DNA of 64,000 bases from Tepidisphaera sp. (lineage in GTDB: Bacteria > Planctomycetota > Phycisphaerae > Phycisphaerales > UBA1924): positions 2,656,001 to 2,720,000 of the forward strand of contig CP051526.1 of the NCBI GenBank assembly GCA_050916045.1, given 5' to 3'. The position numbers and the translations under genes are program-made. The notes under the pieces were generated by a model. The model saw nothing but the letters and a program-made list of their open reading frames with translations, was not told the DNA's origin and searched no databases. Position 1 is the first letter of the stretch, and every line of letters starts with the position of its first letter. Positions 19,330-30,652 of the stretch are shown in pieces.

Positions 19330-20739
19330 ATGAAACGACTCGCATCAATCGGATTGATCGGATTCGTGACGATCGCCGCGCCCGCGCAGGCGCAGGTGGA
19401 GGTCGGAACCGTTGCACCAACACCTCCACCTCCGATCGATCATCTCAGGAGCGGTCGCGACATCGCGGCCGCGCCCGACGGGGGGGTGTGCGTGACCGGC
19501 GGAGGTGTTCGCGCGGTTCGGTTCAACGCTTCGCGCGGCCTGCTGTGGGAAACGATGTACGAGTGGGACCCCGCGATCGGGCTTTGGCTTGAAGCCGAGA
19601 GCATCCAGAACACCCGCGCTGAGAAGGGCTGGATCATGGCCGCCGCGGGAGGTGCGACTCTAGCCGAGACCGGCTGCTTCCCGCAGCACGATGCGTTGAT
19701 CCGCATCAAGGACAGCGGGCTGTTCGCCTGGGCGGTTCGTTTCCCGGGAGATCACGCTCTCGACTACGCCGGATACAAGTACCCCCCCAACATCCAGGTG
19801 CGGGAACTGCCCGACGGCTCGTTCTTCGCGGTCGCGACTCGGATGACGCGGAACGAAGAGCTCAACTGCTCACGCCTCTGCGCCAACAGTTCCACGGGCG
19901 TGGCCCTCCGGGTCTCGGGCAGCGGCACGCCCCTCTTCGCCCGGGAGTACGGGTACAACGGGCAGGCGGCCAAGTCCGAGATGGTGTTCGCCGACCTCAC
20001 CGTGATCGGGCAGCACGTCTATGTGCTCGGGACGGTCGATACCGGCGGCGGCTGCAACAACGGCCACGCCAACTTCAACACCATCCTGGTCAAGATGGAC
20101 TTCAACGGGAACGTCATCCAGACCTGGGAGTACGACAGGCCGGCCGCCGAAGGCGCGCACGACTGGGCGAGCTCGATCTGCTCCATCGGGAACATCGCGT
20201 ATTTCAGCTTCGTCGATCACATGCCGCATTACGAAGCCGGCGACTCGACGGTCGTCGCGCTCAACACCGCCACTTCGGCGATGCTCTGGGCCAACGTCTA
20301 TCCCGACTATCACATCAACTACGGCAGTCTTGAGCCGGGCCGCCCCGGGGCGCTGATCTCCGGCGGTCACCAGGGGCCCAACAACACGCGAGCGGCGGGG
20401 ATCTCCACGGCGACGGGATTCCCGATCTGGTTCCGGTCGTACAAGGACCCGATCCACACGCCGCCCGCGTTCGACCAGATCACCGGAGTCTGCACCGGCG
20501 GACCGGCGAGCGGATACTGGCTGATGACCACCGCCCAGAGCAACGTGCTCTACCTGATGGGAACCACCTCGACGGGGGCGACGGTCTGCTCATCCGAAGC
20601 GGTGTCGATCCCCGTTTCCCGCGCGGCACTGACCACGCGACAGGCCACCGTCGCGCACTTCCGAACGCTCCAGGTGAGCCCGCTCGACATGACCACAACG
20701 TACCTTCCGACCGAGACGATCAACCCTTGCCGGCGCTGA
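19330..20739 (+). CDS. Secreted hypothetical protein, probable beta-propeller
   Basis: AGGAG SD, signal peptide AQA-Q, repeated 'G...W...Y' blade-like motifs, several Cys. Confidence 0.7.
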   Translation: MKRLASIGLIGFVTIAAPAQAQVEVGTVAPTPPPPIDHLRSGRDIAAAPDGGVCVTGGGVRAVRFNASRGLLWETMYEWDPAIGLWLEAESIQNTRAEKGWIMAAAGGATLAETGCFPQHDALIRIKDSGLFAWAVRFPGDHALDYAGYKYPPNIQVRELPDGSFFAVATRMTRNEELNCSRLCANSSTGVALRVSGSGTPLFAREYGYNGQAAKSEMVFADLTVIGQHVYVLGTVDTGGGCNNGHANFNTILVKMDFNGNVIQTWEYDRPAAEGAHDWASSICSIGNIAYFSFVDHMPHYEAGDSTVVALNTATSAMLWANVYPDYHINYGSLEPGRPGALISGGHQGPNNTRAAGISTATGFPIWFRSYKDPIHTPPAFDQITGVCTGGPASGYWLMTTAQSNVLYLMGTTSTGATVCSSEAVSIPVSRAALTTRQATVAHFRTLQVSPLDMTTTYLPTETINPCRR

Positions 20740-20756
20740 CCACGCCGACCCGGCCG

Positions 20757-20797
20757 AAAAAACAACGCGGGCCCGGGAGTCGTTCCCGGGCCCGCGT
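20757..20797 (-). terminator. Intrinsic terminator of rpsA (possibly bidirectional)
   Basis: 14-bp stem ACGCGGGCCCGGGA/TCCCGGGCCCGCGT with A6 run on the left. Confidence 0.8.
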
Positions 20798-20840
20798 CAT
20801 TCGTTGAACACGCCCGCGTCAAGCGACAAGGGCGTGAGGC

Positions 20841-22631
<1,791 letters not shown>

Positions 22632-23037
22632 GCACAACCTTTGCGGGCTCCGGGACGAACGCCGGGAAGGTGGCGATCGGCGACGGGACCCTGACCCTTC
22701 GTCCTGCGGCACACGCCGAGGACGACGGGCTTGCCCCAACGGGGCGGTTCGGGTAACCAAGAATGTCCGCCTCGCATCATGCGAGAACCACGGAACCGGC
22801 CTTCCCCGCCGGTAACTGGATTCTAGGCCTGTTTCCAGCGGTCAAGCCCGCCCGCCCCCCCCTCCAGGCCCCCCCACCCCGCTCCCACCTCGCACCCGCC
22901 CGCCAACACCGGTCGGGGGCCGATTTCGGATAGACCGCCGGGGGGCGAGACGTGTTGCTTCGCGCGGGCCGGCGCGGCCTCGCCCAGAGTGGCCGAGCAC
23001 TGTGCAAAACCCCTGCCAACGTCCGATACTGTCTGCC

Positions 23038-24420
23038 ATGCTCCGCTCGTTCCAGGTTGTGGCGTTGTGCGTCCTCGCGCTCCTTTGCGTCGGGGTCGTG
23101 ATGGTCAATTCGGCGTCAATGGAGATCGCGCCCCCGGCCCGGGCGGCGGCCGCGGCTTCGGCGGAGGGAGCCGCCGGCCCAGCCGTTCCCGAGCCGGCCG
23201 AACTCGATCCGTCGAGTGGGGTCGTGGCGTCGCAGACGCCAGCGGCACGCGAACTTTCGGTGGTTCAGATCGTGCGCTCGCCGCACGCGATTTTCATGGT
23301 GATCGCCCTCTTCGCGATGACGGTCGCCGCTTTCCTGCCGGTACGGCAATTGGCCGAGCGGTGGGCCCCTTCGGACTCTCTGCTTCAGCGTGAGAACATG
23401 GAGCGGGACCACCGCTCCGGGCTCATGGTGCTGGCGCTGGGGTGCGGCGTGCTTCTGGCGATTCTGGGGCTGGTGTATCTGGCGGGGATCGGCAAATCGG
23501 CCAAGGGTGCGGAGCGCTGGCTTCGGATCCCGATGCCGGTGATCGGCCAGCTCTCGGTGCAGCCGAGCGAGATTGCGAAGTGGACGCTTCTGGGCGTGGT
23601 CGCGTGGTACGCGACCAAGCGGGCAGCGATCCTTCCGCTTTTCTGGGCCGGGCTGGTGCCGGCGCTGATCGGGGTGGGTGCGGTGGCCGGCCTGATCGTC
23701 AAGGAAGACCTCGGTACCGGGGCGCTGGTCGGAGCGGCAGCGGCCTTGGTGCTGATCGCGGGCGGAGCAAAGCTCTGGCACCTTCTGCTCCTGTCGCCGC
23801 TTGCTCTTGGAGCGGTGGTCGCGGCGATCGCGACCAGCAGCTACCGGGTCAAGCGGATCACGGCGTTCCTCGACCCCTACGCCGACCCGCAGGAGACCGG
23901 ATACCACATGATCCAGTCGATGGGCGCGGTGAGCAGCGGCGGCCTTTTCGGCCGCGGCCTGGGGAACGGGATCCAGAAGTTCGGGTACCTGCCCGAGGAC
24001 ACCAACGACTTCATCTTCGCGATCATCTGCGAGGAGCTCGGGGCCCCGGGCGCGCTGATGGTGATCACGCTCTTCATCTGCCTGCTCTGGGCTTCGTACA
24101 TCATCGTCGCCCGCGAGCACAACCGGCTGCTCAAGCTCTTCGCGCTGGGGATCGTGGCGACCGTCGGCCTCCAAGCGTTGATCAACCTCGCGGTCGTGAC
24201 CGCGATGGGACCGACCAAGGGCATCGCTCTCCCGCTGGTTTCTTCGGGCGGCACGGGCTGGACGCTCACCGCGTTCTCGCTCGGGCTTCTGATCGCCATC
24301 GGTCGGACGCAGAGCGTCGCGGTGCAGACGTATGACGAGCCCGGTCTCGCCGTGCGCCCCGCGCCGAACACGCCCGCACGGACGGACATTCCTCCCTCTT
24401 CGCGGCTCACTCCCGCATGA
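23038..24420 (+). CDS. ftsW: SEDS peptidoglycan glycosyltransferase FtsW
   Basis: GAERWL..QPSEIAK..DLGT..GYHMIQS..LPEDTNDFIFAIICEELG..PTKGIALPLVSSGG; directly upstream of murG. Confidence 0.92.
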   Translation: MLRSFQVVALCVLALLCVGVVMVNSASMEIAPPARAAAAASAEGAAGPAVPEPAELDPSSGVVASQTPAARELSVVQIVRSPHAIFMVIALFAMTVAAFLPVRQLAERWAPSDSLLQRENMERDHRSGLMVLALGCGVLLAILGLVYLAGIGKSAKGAERWLRIPMPVIGQLSVQPSEIAKWTLLGVVAWYATKRAAILPLFWAGLVPALIGVGAVAGLIVKEDLGTGALVGAAAALVLIAGGAKLWHLLLLSPLALGAVVAAIATSSYRVKRITAFLDPYADPQETGYHMIQSMGAVSSGGLFGRGLGNGIQKFGYLPEDTNDFIFAIICEELGAPGALMVITLFICLLWASYIIVAREHNRLLKLFALGIVATVGLQALINLAVVTAMGPTKGIALPLVSSGGTGWTLTAFSLGLLIAIGRTQSVAVQTYDEPGLAVRPAPNTPARTDIPPSSRLTPA

Positions 24421-25559
24421 GCACCTCGCCACTCAGTGTTCTGTTCGCGGGCGGCGGCACGGGCGGGCACATCTTCCCCAACCTGGCGACGCTCGAAGCA
24501 CTGCAAGCCGACGGCGGCGTCCCCCCCACCGCTCACTTTCTGCTTTCCGACCGCACGATCGACGCTTCGATCGCGGCCGAGCACGGGCTTGCGTTCACGG
24601 CGCTCCCGGCGCGGCCGTTCGGACTCTCGCCCAGGACGCTTTACCGGTTTGTGACGCACTGGGGCGGCTCGGTGCGTGAAGCTCGCAGGGTCATCCGCGA
24701 CCACAAAGCTCGCGGACGCGTCGTGATCGTCGCCACCGGCGGGTTCGTGTCAGCTCCGTGCGTGCAAGCGGCCCGGGCCGAACGTGTGCCGGTGGTCATG
24801 GTCAATCTCGACGCGGTGCCGGGGCGGGCCAACCGCTGGGCGGCCGGCCACGCGGCCAAGGTCCTCACCGCGGCGACGGTGGCGAAAGGCCCGGGGCGGA
24901 ACTGGACGACGATCCCGCCGATCGTGCGAGCGGCGGCACGAGCCCCTGGCGACCCTGCTCACTGCCGCACGCTCCTGGGGCTTGATGCCGACCTGTCGGT
25001 GCTGCTTGTGACCGGAGCGAGTCTGGGCGCACGATCGATCAACCAGTTCATGGGCAAGCTCGCGTTCGATGAGCGGCCGGCGTTCTCGGGGTGGCAGATC
25101 CTGCACCAGACGGGCGGGACCGATGCGGACGCCCAAGCGTGCGCGGAGACCTACAAGCAAGCGGGGATCCGTGCGGTGGTCCAGCCGTTCGTCAAGAACA
25201 TGGGCCTCTGGTGGGGCGCGGCGGAACTGGCTTTGGGCCGCTGCGGAGCCGGGATCGTCGCTGAAGCGTGGGCCAACACCGTCCCCGCGGTGTTCATGCC
25301 GTACCCGTACCACAAAGATGAGCACCAACGAGCCAACGCCCAGCCGCTCGCGTCGGTCGGAGCCGCGGAGATCGTCACCGACCTGATCGACCCGGCGGCG
25401 AACGCCAAAGGCGTGGGGGCGACGCTGGTCGCGCTGCTCACCAACCCGGGCCGGCGCGACGAAATGCGCAAAGCCTGCGCGTCGCTCGGCCCCGCGAACG
25501 GTGCGGAGCGGGTCGCGGCGGCGGTGCGCGAGGTGGCGGCGGGGTTGGTTTCGCCGTGA
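24417..25559 (+). CDS. murG: MurG glycosyltransferase
   Basis: AGGGTGGHIFP, TGGFVSAP, PGRANR, GASLGA, PYP..HQRANA; ATGA overlap with ftsW. Confidence 0.93.
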   Translation: MSTSPLSVLFAGGGTGGHIFPNLATLEALQADGGVPPTAHFLLSDRTIDASIAAEHGLAFTALPARPFGLSPRTLYRFVTHWGGSVREARRVIRDHKARGRVVIVATGGFVSAPCVQAARAERVPVVMVNLDAVPGRANRWAAGHAAKVLTAATVAKGPGRNWTTIPPIVRAAARAPGDPAHCRTLLGLDADLSVLLVTGASLGARSINQFMGKLAFDERPAFSGWQILHQTGGTDADAQACAETYKQAGIRAVVQPFVKNMGLWWGAAELALGRCGAGIVAEAWANTVPAVFMPYPYHKDEHQRANAQPLASVGAAEIVTDLIDPAANAKGVGATLVALLTNPGRRDEMRKACASLGPANGAERVAAAVREVAAGLVSP

Positions 25560-25614
25560 GAATCGCAGTTATTCGGCCTTGGTGCGCGATCGCGGAGCAG
25601 GTATGATGCAACCG

Positions 25615-26244
25615 ATGTCGCTCGCCAAGAGCCAACTCAACGGGATCGCCGCACGCTGCGTGCTGCTTTGTCCGCCTCGGATGACGCCCGAGACCGAGTT
25701 GCTCGATGCGCTCAATCGCCCCGATCTTGCGCTGATTCGCACGGACAACGTGTACGTCGCGATGGCGGAGCTTTGCGCGGCGGCGCGACGTGAAGTCAAA
25801 GCGATGAAAGCGGGCGAGCGGACCGAGGGTCTGATTCTGCTTCTCGCGTATCCGACCAAGCTGACGGATCCGGCCGCGCTGGTGCGCACGGCGGAGCGAT
25901 ATGCGCCGCACGCATCGATCTGGCTGTTCGATCCGGCGGGGACGCCGCGGCTTCGCGCGGTCCGGGTGGCGGATGTGGAGAGTTGGGCAAATTTGAGCGA
26001 ACCGCGTCCGGCGGCGAACAGACCGGCGCCGGCACCGGTAGTTCCACGGGGTCAGAGCGCGACTCCAAGCAGAAATCGCGCGACAGAGCAGTTATCGGCC
26101 GAAACTTCCGAGCGGAAAGTGGCCATCGGGTCACAAGATGGGAAAGATCGGCAAGCTGGGGGGCTTCTGAGTTCTGAAGAACTCTCAATGTTGTTGGCGA
26201 TTGACCCGCTGGGCGGAGACAATGACGACGATCGGTCTTCCTGA
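25615..26244 (+). CDS. Hypothetical protein, possible degenerate receiver-like fold with C-terminal LSSEELSMLL peptide
   Basis: ORF overlapping the DGC start; TATGAT 7 nt before ATG 25615 (alternative start 25603). Confidence 0.6.
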   Translation: MSLAKSQLNGIAARCVLLCPPRMTPETELLDALNRPDLALIRTDNVYVAMAELCAAARREVKAMKAGERTEGLILLLAYPTKLTDPAALVRTAERYAPHASIWLFDPAGTPRLRAVRVADVESWANLSEPRPAANRPAPAPVVPRGQSATPSRNRATEQLSAETSERKVAIGSQDGKDRQAGGLLSSEELSMLLAIDPLGGDNDDDRSS

Positions 26245-27628
26245 ACGAGATCCCCGTCCGCCGGCACCTGCGAAGGTGCCCGGAGCGTCGGTCGCCCAGG
26301 CCTTGGGAGAGAGACAGAAGCCGAGCGTGGAGCGTCTGTTGTCCGAGCCTCTACATGGGGTGCCGGTTCGCGTGATCCTTGTCGGAAAGACGGGGTTGGA
26401 CGCCAAATTGCGTCTGGACGCTTCCGCCGAAGTGATCCGCGTTCGTTCTCCCATGGAAGCCATCGGCGAGCTTGGCTCGCCGACCGAAGCGGCCGTTCAT
26501 TCGGTCGTGATCGTGGGTGATGAAGCGGGGTCGGTGTCGACAAATCCGGAAGTGGCTTCGGACTTTGCTCGCGGCGTGCGGGTGATCGACGAGGACATCA
26601 CGGTGCTTCGGGTGGGAGCGGTGAACGAAGGGGGCGCGTTTGACGGCTTGGTGCCATCGGATGTGTCCACGACGGTGCTTCGCGAACTGCTTCGCAAGCC
26701 GCGGGGCCGCATCGCGGAGACGGCGGCGCCATCGCGCCCGATGACACCCCCGAGGCCGAAGACCGCGGAAGACGTGCGTCCGTCCAACGACCCCCTCATG
26801 GTGGAGATCCCCAGCGGGCACACGCCGGAGATGGGCGATGAGGATGTGATCAAGGCGCTGGTGCGCGGGCAGGACATCCTGCCGGCGGCGCTCGCGGTAC
26901 TTCGCCGCAGGCTTGGCGATCCGACGCTCTCGTTCGACGCGAGCCCGGAAGCCGGCGGGAAAGCGGTCGCGACGGTGGCGTGGGATGCGACGGTGTACGG
27001 CGTGCTGACGGGCAAGCCTTCGCACGGGCCCAAGCTTGCGCGGGCGGCGGAGTGGCTTGCGTCGTGGATGCGGCTTGCGGAGCAGCAGAACGCGCTGCGG
27101 AACGCGGCGTTCACGGATCCGCTGACGGGCGCGTTCAACCGCCGGTACTTCGACAAGTTCCTGGCGTCGGCGATCGAATCGGCCCGCGAGGAGCGTCGGT
27201 CGGTGACGGTGCTGGCGTTCGACATCGACGACTTCAAGACGTACAACGATCGGTTCGGCCACGCGACGGGGGATGAGATCCTTCGCGAGGTGGTAAAGCT
27301 GCTTCAGAGCGTGGTGCGTCCGACGGACCGCGTCTGCCGCATCGGCGGGGATGAGTTCGCGGTGATCTTCTACGAGCCCAAGGGCCCGCGCGAGAGCGGC
27401 AGCCGCCATCCGCAGACGATCCACGCGATCGCGGACCGATTCCAGAGCCAGATCCGCGGGCACAAGTTCCCCCGGCTTCAGGAGGCTCCCGGCCCGCTGA
27501 CGGTGTCCGGCGGCTTGGCGACGTACCCGTGGGACGGCGCGACGGCGGCGGATCTCTTGGCGAAAGCGGACCAACTGGCGCTTGAGAGCAAGCGACAGGG
27601 GAAGAACGTCATCACCATCGGCGGGTGA
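26222..27628 (+). CDS. Diguanylate cyclase (GGDEF)
   Basis: TDPLTGAFNRR, DIDDFKTYNDRFGH..GD, RPTD I-site, GGDEF intact. Confidence 0.93.
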   Translation: MTTIGLPERDPRPPAPAKVPGASVAQALGERQKPSVERLLSEPLHGVPVRVILVGKTGLDAKLRLDASAEVIRVRSPMEAIGELGSPTEAAVHSVVIVGDEAGSVSTNPEVASDFARGVRVIDEDITVLRVGAVNEGGAFDGLVPSDVSTTVLRELLRKPRGRIAETAAPSRPMTPPRPKTAEDVRPSNDPLMVEIPSGHTPEMGDEDVIKALVRGQDILPAALAVLRRRLGDPTLSFDASPEAGGKAVATVAWDATVYGVLTGKPSHGPKLARAAEWLASWMRLAEQQNALRNAAFTDPLTGAFNRRYFDKFLASAIESAREERRSVTVLAFDIDDFKTYNDRFGHATGDEILREVVKLLQSVVRPTDRVCRIGGDEFAVIFYEPKGPRESGSRHPQTIHAIADRFQSQIRGHKFPRLQEAPGPLTVSGGLATYPWDGATAADLLAKADQLALESKRQGKNVITIGG

Positions 27629-27694
27629 ACGCGCTAGTCACGATCGCGTCGGGTTGTGACCACGCGGTGAACGCGACCTCCAAGCGACCTGCTT

Positions 27695-28345
27695 TCAGCA
27701 GCCCGTCTCGAAGTTCTCGACGAAGTCGGCGTAGTCGAAGAAATCAACGAAGTCGTCTTCGTTGAAGTCGGCGGGGCACGAGGGGGTCCCGACGGTGATC
27801 TCGGCGGTGAAGTAGGCGATGCCGCTCGCGTACTCGGGCGACCAGATGAAGGAGGCTTCGGATCCCATCAGGGCGAAGTTGCCCCAGGGGCCCGAGCCGT
27901 TGGGCGCGATGACCCGCACCGGGGTGGTGTCCACGCCGAAGCCGACGGTGCTGACGACCCAGCCGGAGGCACCCGTCGTCAGCGTCGCGCCGCCGTTGGT
28001 GCCGCCGACGAACACGCCGTCGGTGCTATCGAGCAGGAAGCGGCCGATGAACATCTCGGGACGACCGGTGTCCTGCGCCCGAACATGGAGGTAGTACGTG
28101 CCCGAGCGGGTCAGCGTGATCGAACCGGTGAAGGTGCTCGGCCAGCTATCGCCCTGAAGGAAGAGGCGGCCGGGGTTGTTCGGCGTGCGGCTGACGGACG
28201 CGGAGATGATGTTGTCGGCGGTCGCAAAGCCGCTGAGGACGACATCGGCCGAAGCGGATGAACCGGCGAGCAACGCGGCCGCGGCAAGGCCGGTGTGAAG
28301 GCGAGCGAAGGCCTCACGAGCACGCATGTTGACGAAGAGATTCAT
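27695..28345 (-). CDS. Small secreted protein with single GC-type dockerin-like repeat
   Basis: Signal peptide ASA-D; ends CPADFNEDDFVDFFDYADFVENFETGC. Confidence 0.78.
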   Translation of the reverse strand: MNLFVNMRAREAFARLHTGLAAAALLAGSSASADVVLSGFATADNIISASVSRTPNNPGRLFLQGDSWPSTFTGSITLTRSGTYYLHVRAQDTGRPEMFIGRFLLDSTDGVFVGGTNGGATLTTGASGWVVSTVGFGVDTTPVRVIAPNGSGPWGNFALMGSEASFIWSPEYASGIAYFTAEITVGTPSCPADFNEDDFVDFFDYADFVENFETGC

Positions 28346-28498
28346 CTCGATCTCTCCCTTTGGATGAGGTCAAGTCCAGGCCCGGGCGTGCTTTGCGACG
28401 GAGTTTGCGGCGGATTCGGCGCGGGGAATGACCGCGGAAAGGTCTCTGGAACGCCCTATAATCGCGGGCGTCGGTTCTTCCATATGAAGGAGTTGAGC

Positions 28499-29059
28499 AT
28501 GCTGATCAAGCGGGCTTTCGTGACGGGAGTGTTGGTTGCGGCTTGCGTGGGTGTGTCGGTGATGTCGGGCGGGTGCTCGACGGCGCCGTCGTCGGACTCG
28601 GAGAAGCTGGTGCTTCGCGACGATGCGGATCGCACGCTTCGGATGGCGCGGAAGAGCGACTCCTCGCTGGGCTCGTTCCTTGATGCGGCGAAGGCGTACG
28701 CGGTCTTCCCGACGGTGGGCAAGGGTGCGATCGGCGTTGGCGGGGCGTACGGGCGCGGCGTGCTTTATCAGGGCGGAGCGATCGTTGGGTACTGCGACCT
28801 GACGCAGGCTTCGATCGGGTTCCAGCTTGGCGGGCAGGCGTACTCGGAGATCATCGCGTTCGAAACGGACGCGGCGGTTGCGCGGTTCAAGTCGGGCAAC
28901 TTCGCGTTCGCGGCGCAGGCAACGGCGGTGGCACTCAACTCGGGCGCCGGGGCCAACGCCAAGTATGCGGACGGGGTCGCGGTCTTCACGATGGGCGAAT
29001 CCGGGCTGATGTACGAAGCGTCGGTTGGCGGGCAGAAGTTCTCGTACGAAGCGAAGTGA
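28499..29059 (+). CDS. Ysc84/SYLF domain lipoprotein
   Basis: AAGGAG SD; SGGC lipobox; VFPTVGKGAIGVGGAYGRG..ASIGFQLGGQ..GLMYEASVGGQKF. Confidence 0.85.
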   Translation: MLIKRAFVTGVLVAACVGVSVMSGGCSTAPSSDSEKLVLRDDADRTLRMARKSDSSLGSFLDAAKAYAVFPTVGKGAIGVGGAYGRGVLYQGGAIVGYCDLTQASIGFQLGGQAYSEIIAFETDAAVARFKSGNFAFAAQATAVALNSGAGANAKYADGVAVFTMGESGLMYEASVGGQKFSYEAK

Positions 29060-29099
29060 ACCCGCGGAGCATCCGCTCCACCACGTATGGCTTGACGGT

Positions 29100-29174
29100 A
29101 AAAAGACGCGAGCCCGCCTTGGCGGCGGGCTCGCGAACAGAGCAATCAAAACTCCGCTCACGGGCGGAGTTTTT
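29100..29174. terminator. Two tandem terminator hairpins between convergent genes
   Basis: CGCGAGCCCGCC/GGCGGGCTCGCG (29107-29135) and AAAACTCCGCT/GGCGGAGTTTT (29148-29173). Confidence 0.75.
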
Positions 29175-29182
29175 CGATGGCG

Positions 29183-30484
29183 TCAATCGAGCGGGACGAG
29201 CTTGATGTCGCGGAAGTGGATCTCTGAGCCTTCGGACTGGAGGCAGATGAACCCGGCGACCTCTTCGACGTCGATGGCGCGGTTGGTTTCGACGCCGTTG
29301 ATCTTGAGGACGACGAGGCCCTTGTCGACGGTGATCTCGTACTCGTTCCACTCGCCGAGGGGCCGCTCGGGGTTGGCGGCTTTGGGGTCGCGCTTGGTGT
29401 TGCGGCCGTTGGTGCGGGACTTTTCGGCGGTCATCTTGAATTCGTCGATGTTCCAGAAGTCGCCGGCCTGGCCGGACTGGAGCTGGGCTTCGACGCTCTT
29501 GGGCCAGACCTTGTCGTCGCCGACCATGCGGAGGAGGACGCCGGAGTTGCCCGCGCCCTTGGTGGGGTCGAAGCGCCACTGGAGGCGGAGGATGTAGTTC
29601 GTGTACTTCTTCTCGGTGCGGATGTAACCGACGGGGTTGCCTTTGCAGATGATGGCGCCGTCCTTCACGGACCAGACGTCTTCCATCTTGCCGCCTTCGG
29701 GGAGGATGGCCTTCCAGCCGGTCATGTCCTTGCCGTTGAAAAGCTCGACCTGGTTGGCGAGGGGAGCGGCGAGGTCGCGAGCGTGGACGTTGCGGAGGGC
29801 GAGCTCGGTGTCGCCGTGGTCCTGGACGGCGATGAAGCCGGCGGGGAGAACGCCGAAGCCCTTCCAGTCCTTGAACTTGCTGGCGGCGATCTTGTCGGCC
29901 CATTCCTTGGTGGGCTTGCCGTCGGGCCCGAAGATGGTGGCCTCGACGACCTTGGAGCCGTTGAGCCAGTGCTGGAGGAGGCCGTTTCGGAGGTAGATGC
30001 GGCCGTGGTTCCACTGGCCGGCGGGCTTCATGGTCTTTCCTGCGGAGGGCGAGTAGATGTCGTAGAGGGCCGCACAGGAGTGCGGGTCGGTGGGCTTGGC
30101 GCCGTAGGTGGCGTCCTCGAGGAGCTGGTATTCGGCGCCGGTCATGTAGGTGGCGTCGCCGGATTCATCGACGCGCCACATGATGCCGGAGTTGGCTTTT
30201 TCGCCGAGTTTGAACTCGAAGGAAAGCTCGACGTCGGTGTACTTGTCGACGGTGATGATGTCCCCCCCACCGCCGCCTTTGGAGATGGAGAGGACGCCGT
30301 TTTCGAGGGTCCAGCCCTTGGAGGGGAAGGCGTTGGCGCGATAGCCGCGCCACTTGGAGGTGGCGTCGGGGCCGGTGAGGTTGCGCCAGCCGGCGGCGGT
30401 GTCGGCTTTGGTCAGGGGCTCGGTTTGGGGGAGGGAAGCCAGACAGGCGGTTCCGGCGAGGGAGAGGGCGAGCAGCGTGACCAT
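29183..30484 (-). CDS. Secreted tandem DUF1080 (3-keto-disaccharide hydrolase-like) protein
   Basis: Two domains each with NSG, E.Q, GxWN, G.I.LQ..G...F/LR motifs; LFNGKDMTGW. Confidence 0.88.
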   Translation of the reverse strand: MVTLLALSLAGTACLASLPQTEPLTKADTAAGWRNLTGPDATSKWRGYRANAFPSKGWTLENGVLSISKGGGGGDIITVDKYTDVELSFEFKLGEKANSGIMWRVDESGDATYMTGAEYQLLEDATYGAKPTDPHSCAALYDIYSPSAGKTMKPAGQWNHGRIYLRNGLLQHWLNGSKVVEATIFGPDGKPTKEWADKIAASKFKDWKGFGVLPAGFIAVQDHGDTELALRNVHARDLAAPLANQVELFNGKDMTGWKAILPEGGKMEDVWSVKDGAIICKGNPVGYIRTEKKYTNYILRLQWRFDPTKGAGNSGVLLRMVGDDKVWPKSVEAQLQSGQAGDFWNIDEFKMTAEKSRTNGRNTKRDPKAANPERPLGEWNEYEITVDKGLVVLKINGVETNRAIDVEEVAGFICLQSEGSEIHFRDIKLVPLD

Positions 30485-30652
30485 GGAGTTTCTCCGAGGG
30501 GGGTGAGGGGGGATGCGATCAGGAGTGTACCAGATCAGGGAAAGTGCGGGGGTGCGGGGAATGGGGCGGAAAAGGGCGGATTCTGGTAGACTGGGGCGAG
30601 CGAACCGCCTGCGGTCCTTGGTTGGATCCACGCCTTCGCGATCGGAGGCTCT

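Noticed and set aside
22820..22845. Canonical sigma70 -35/-10 pair for rpsA (TTGACC / TAGAAT)
   Set aside because: Spacing is only 14 bp, so only the -10 was used as weak evidence.
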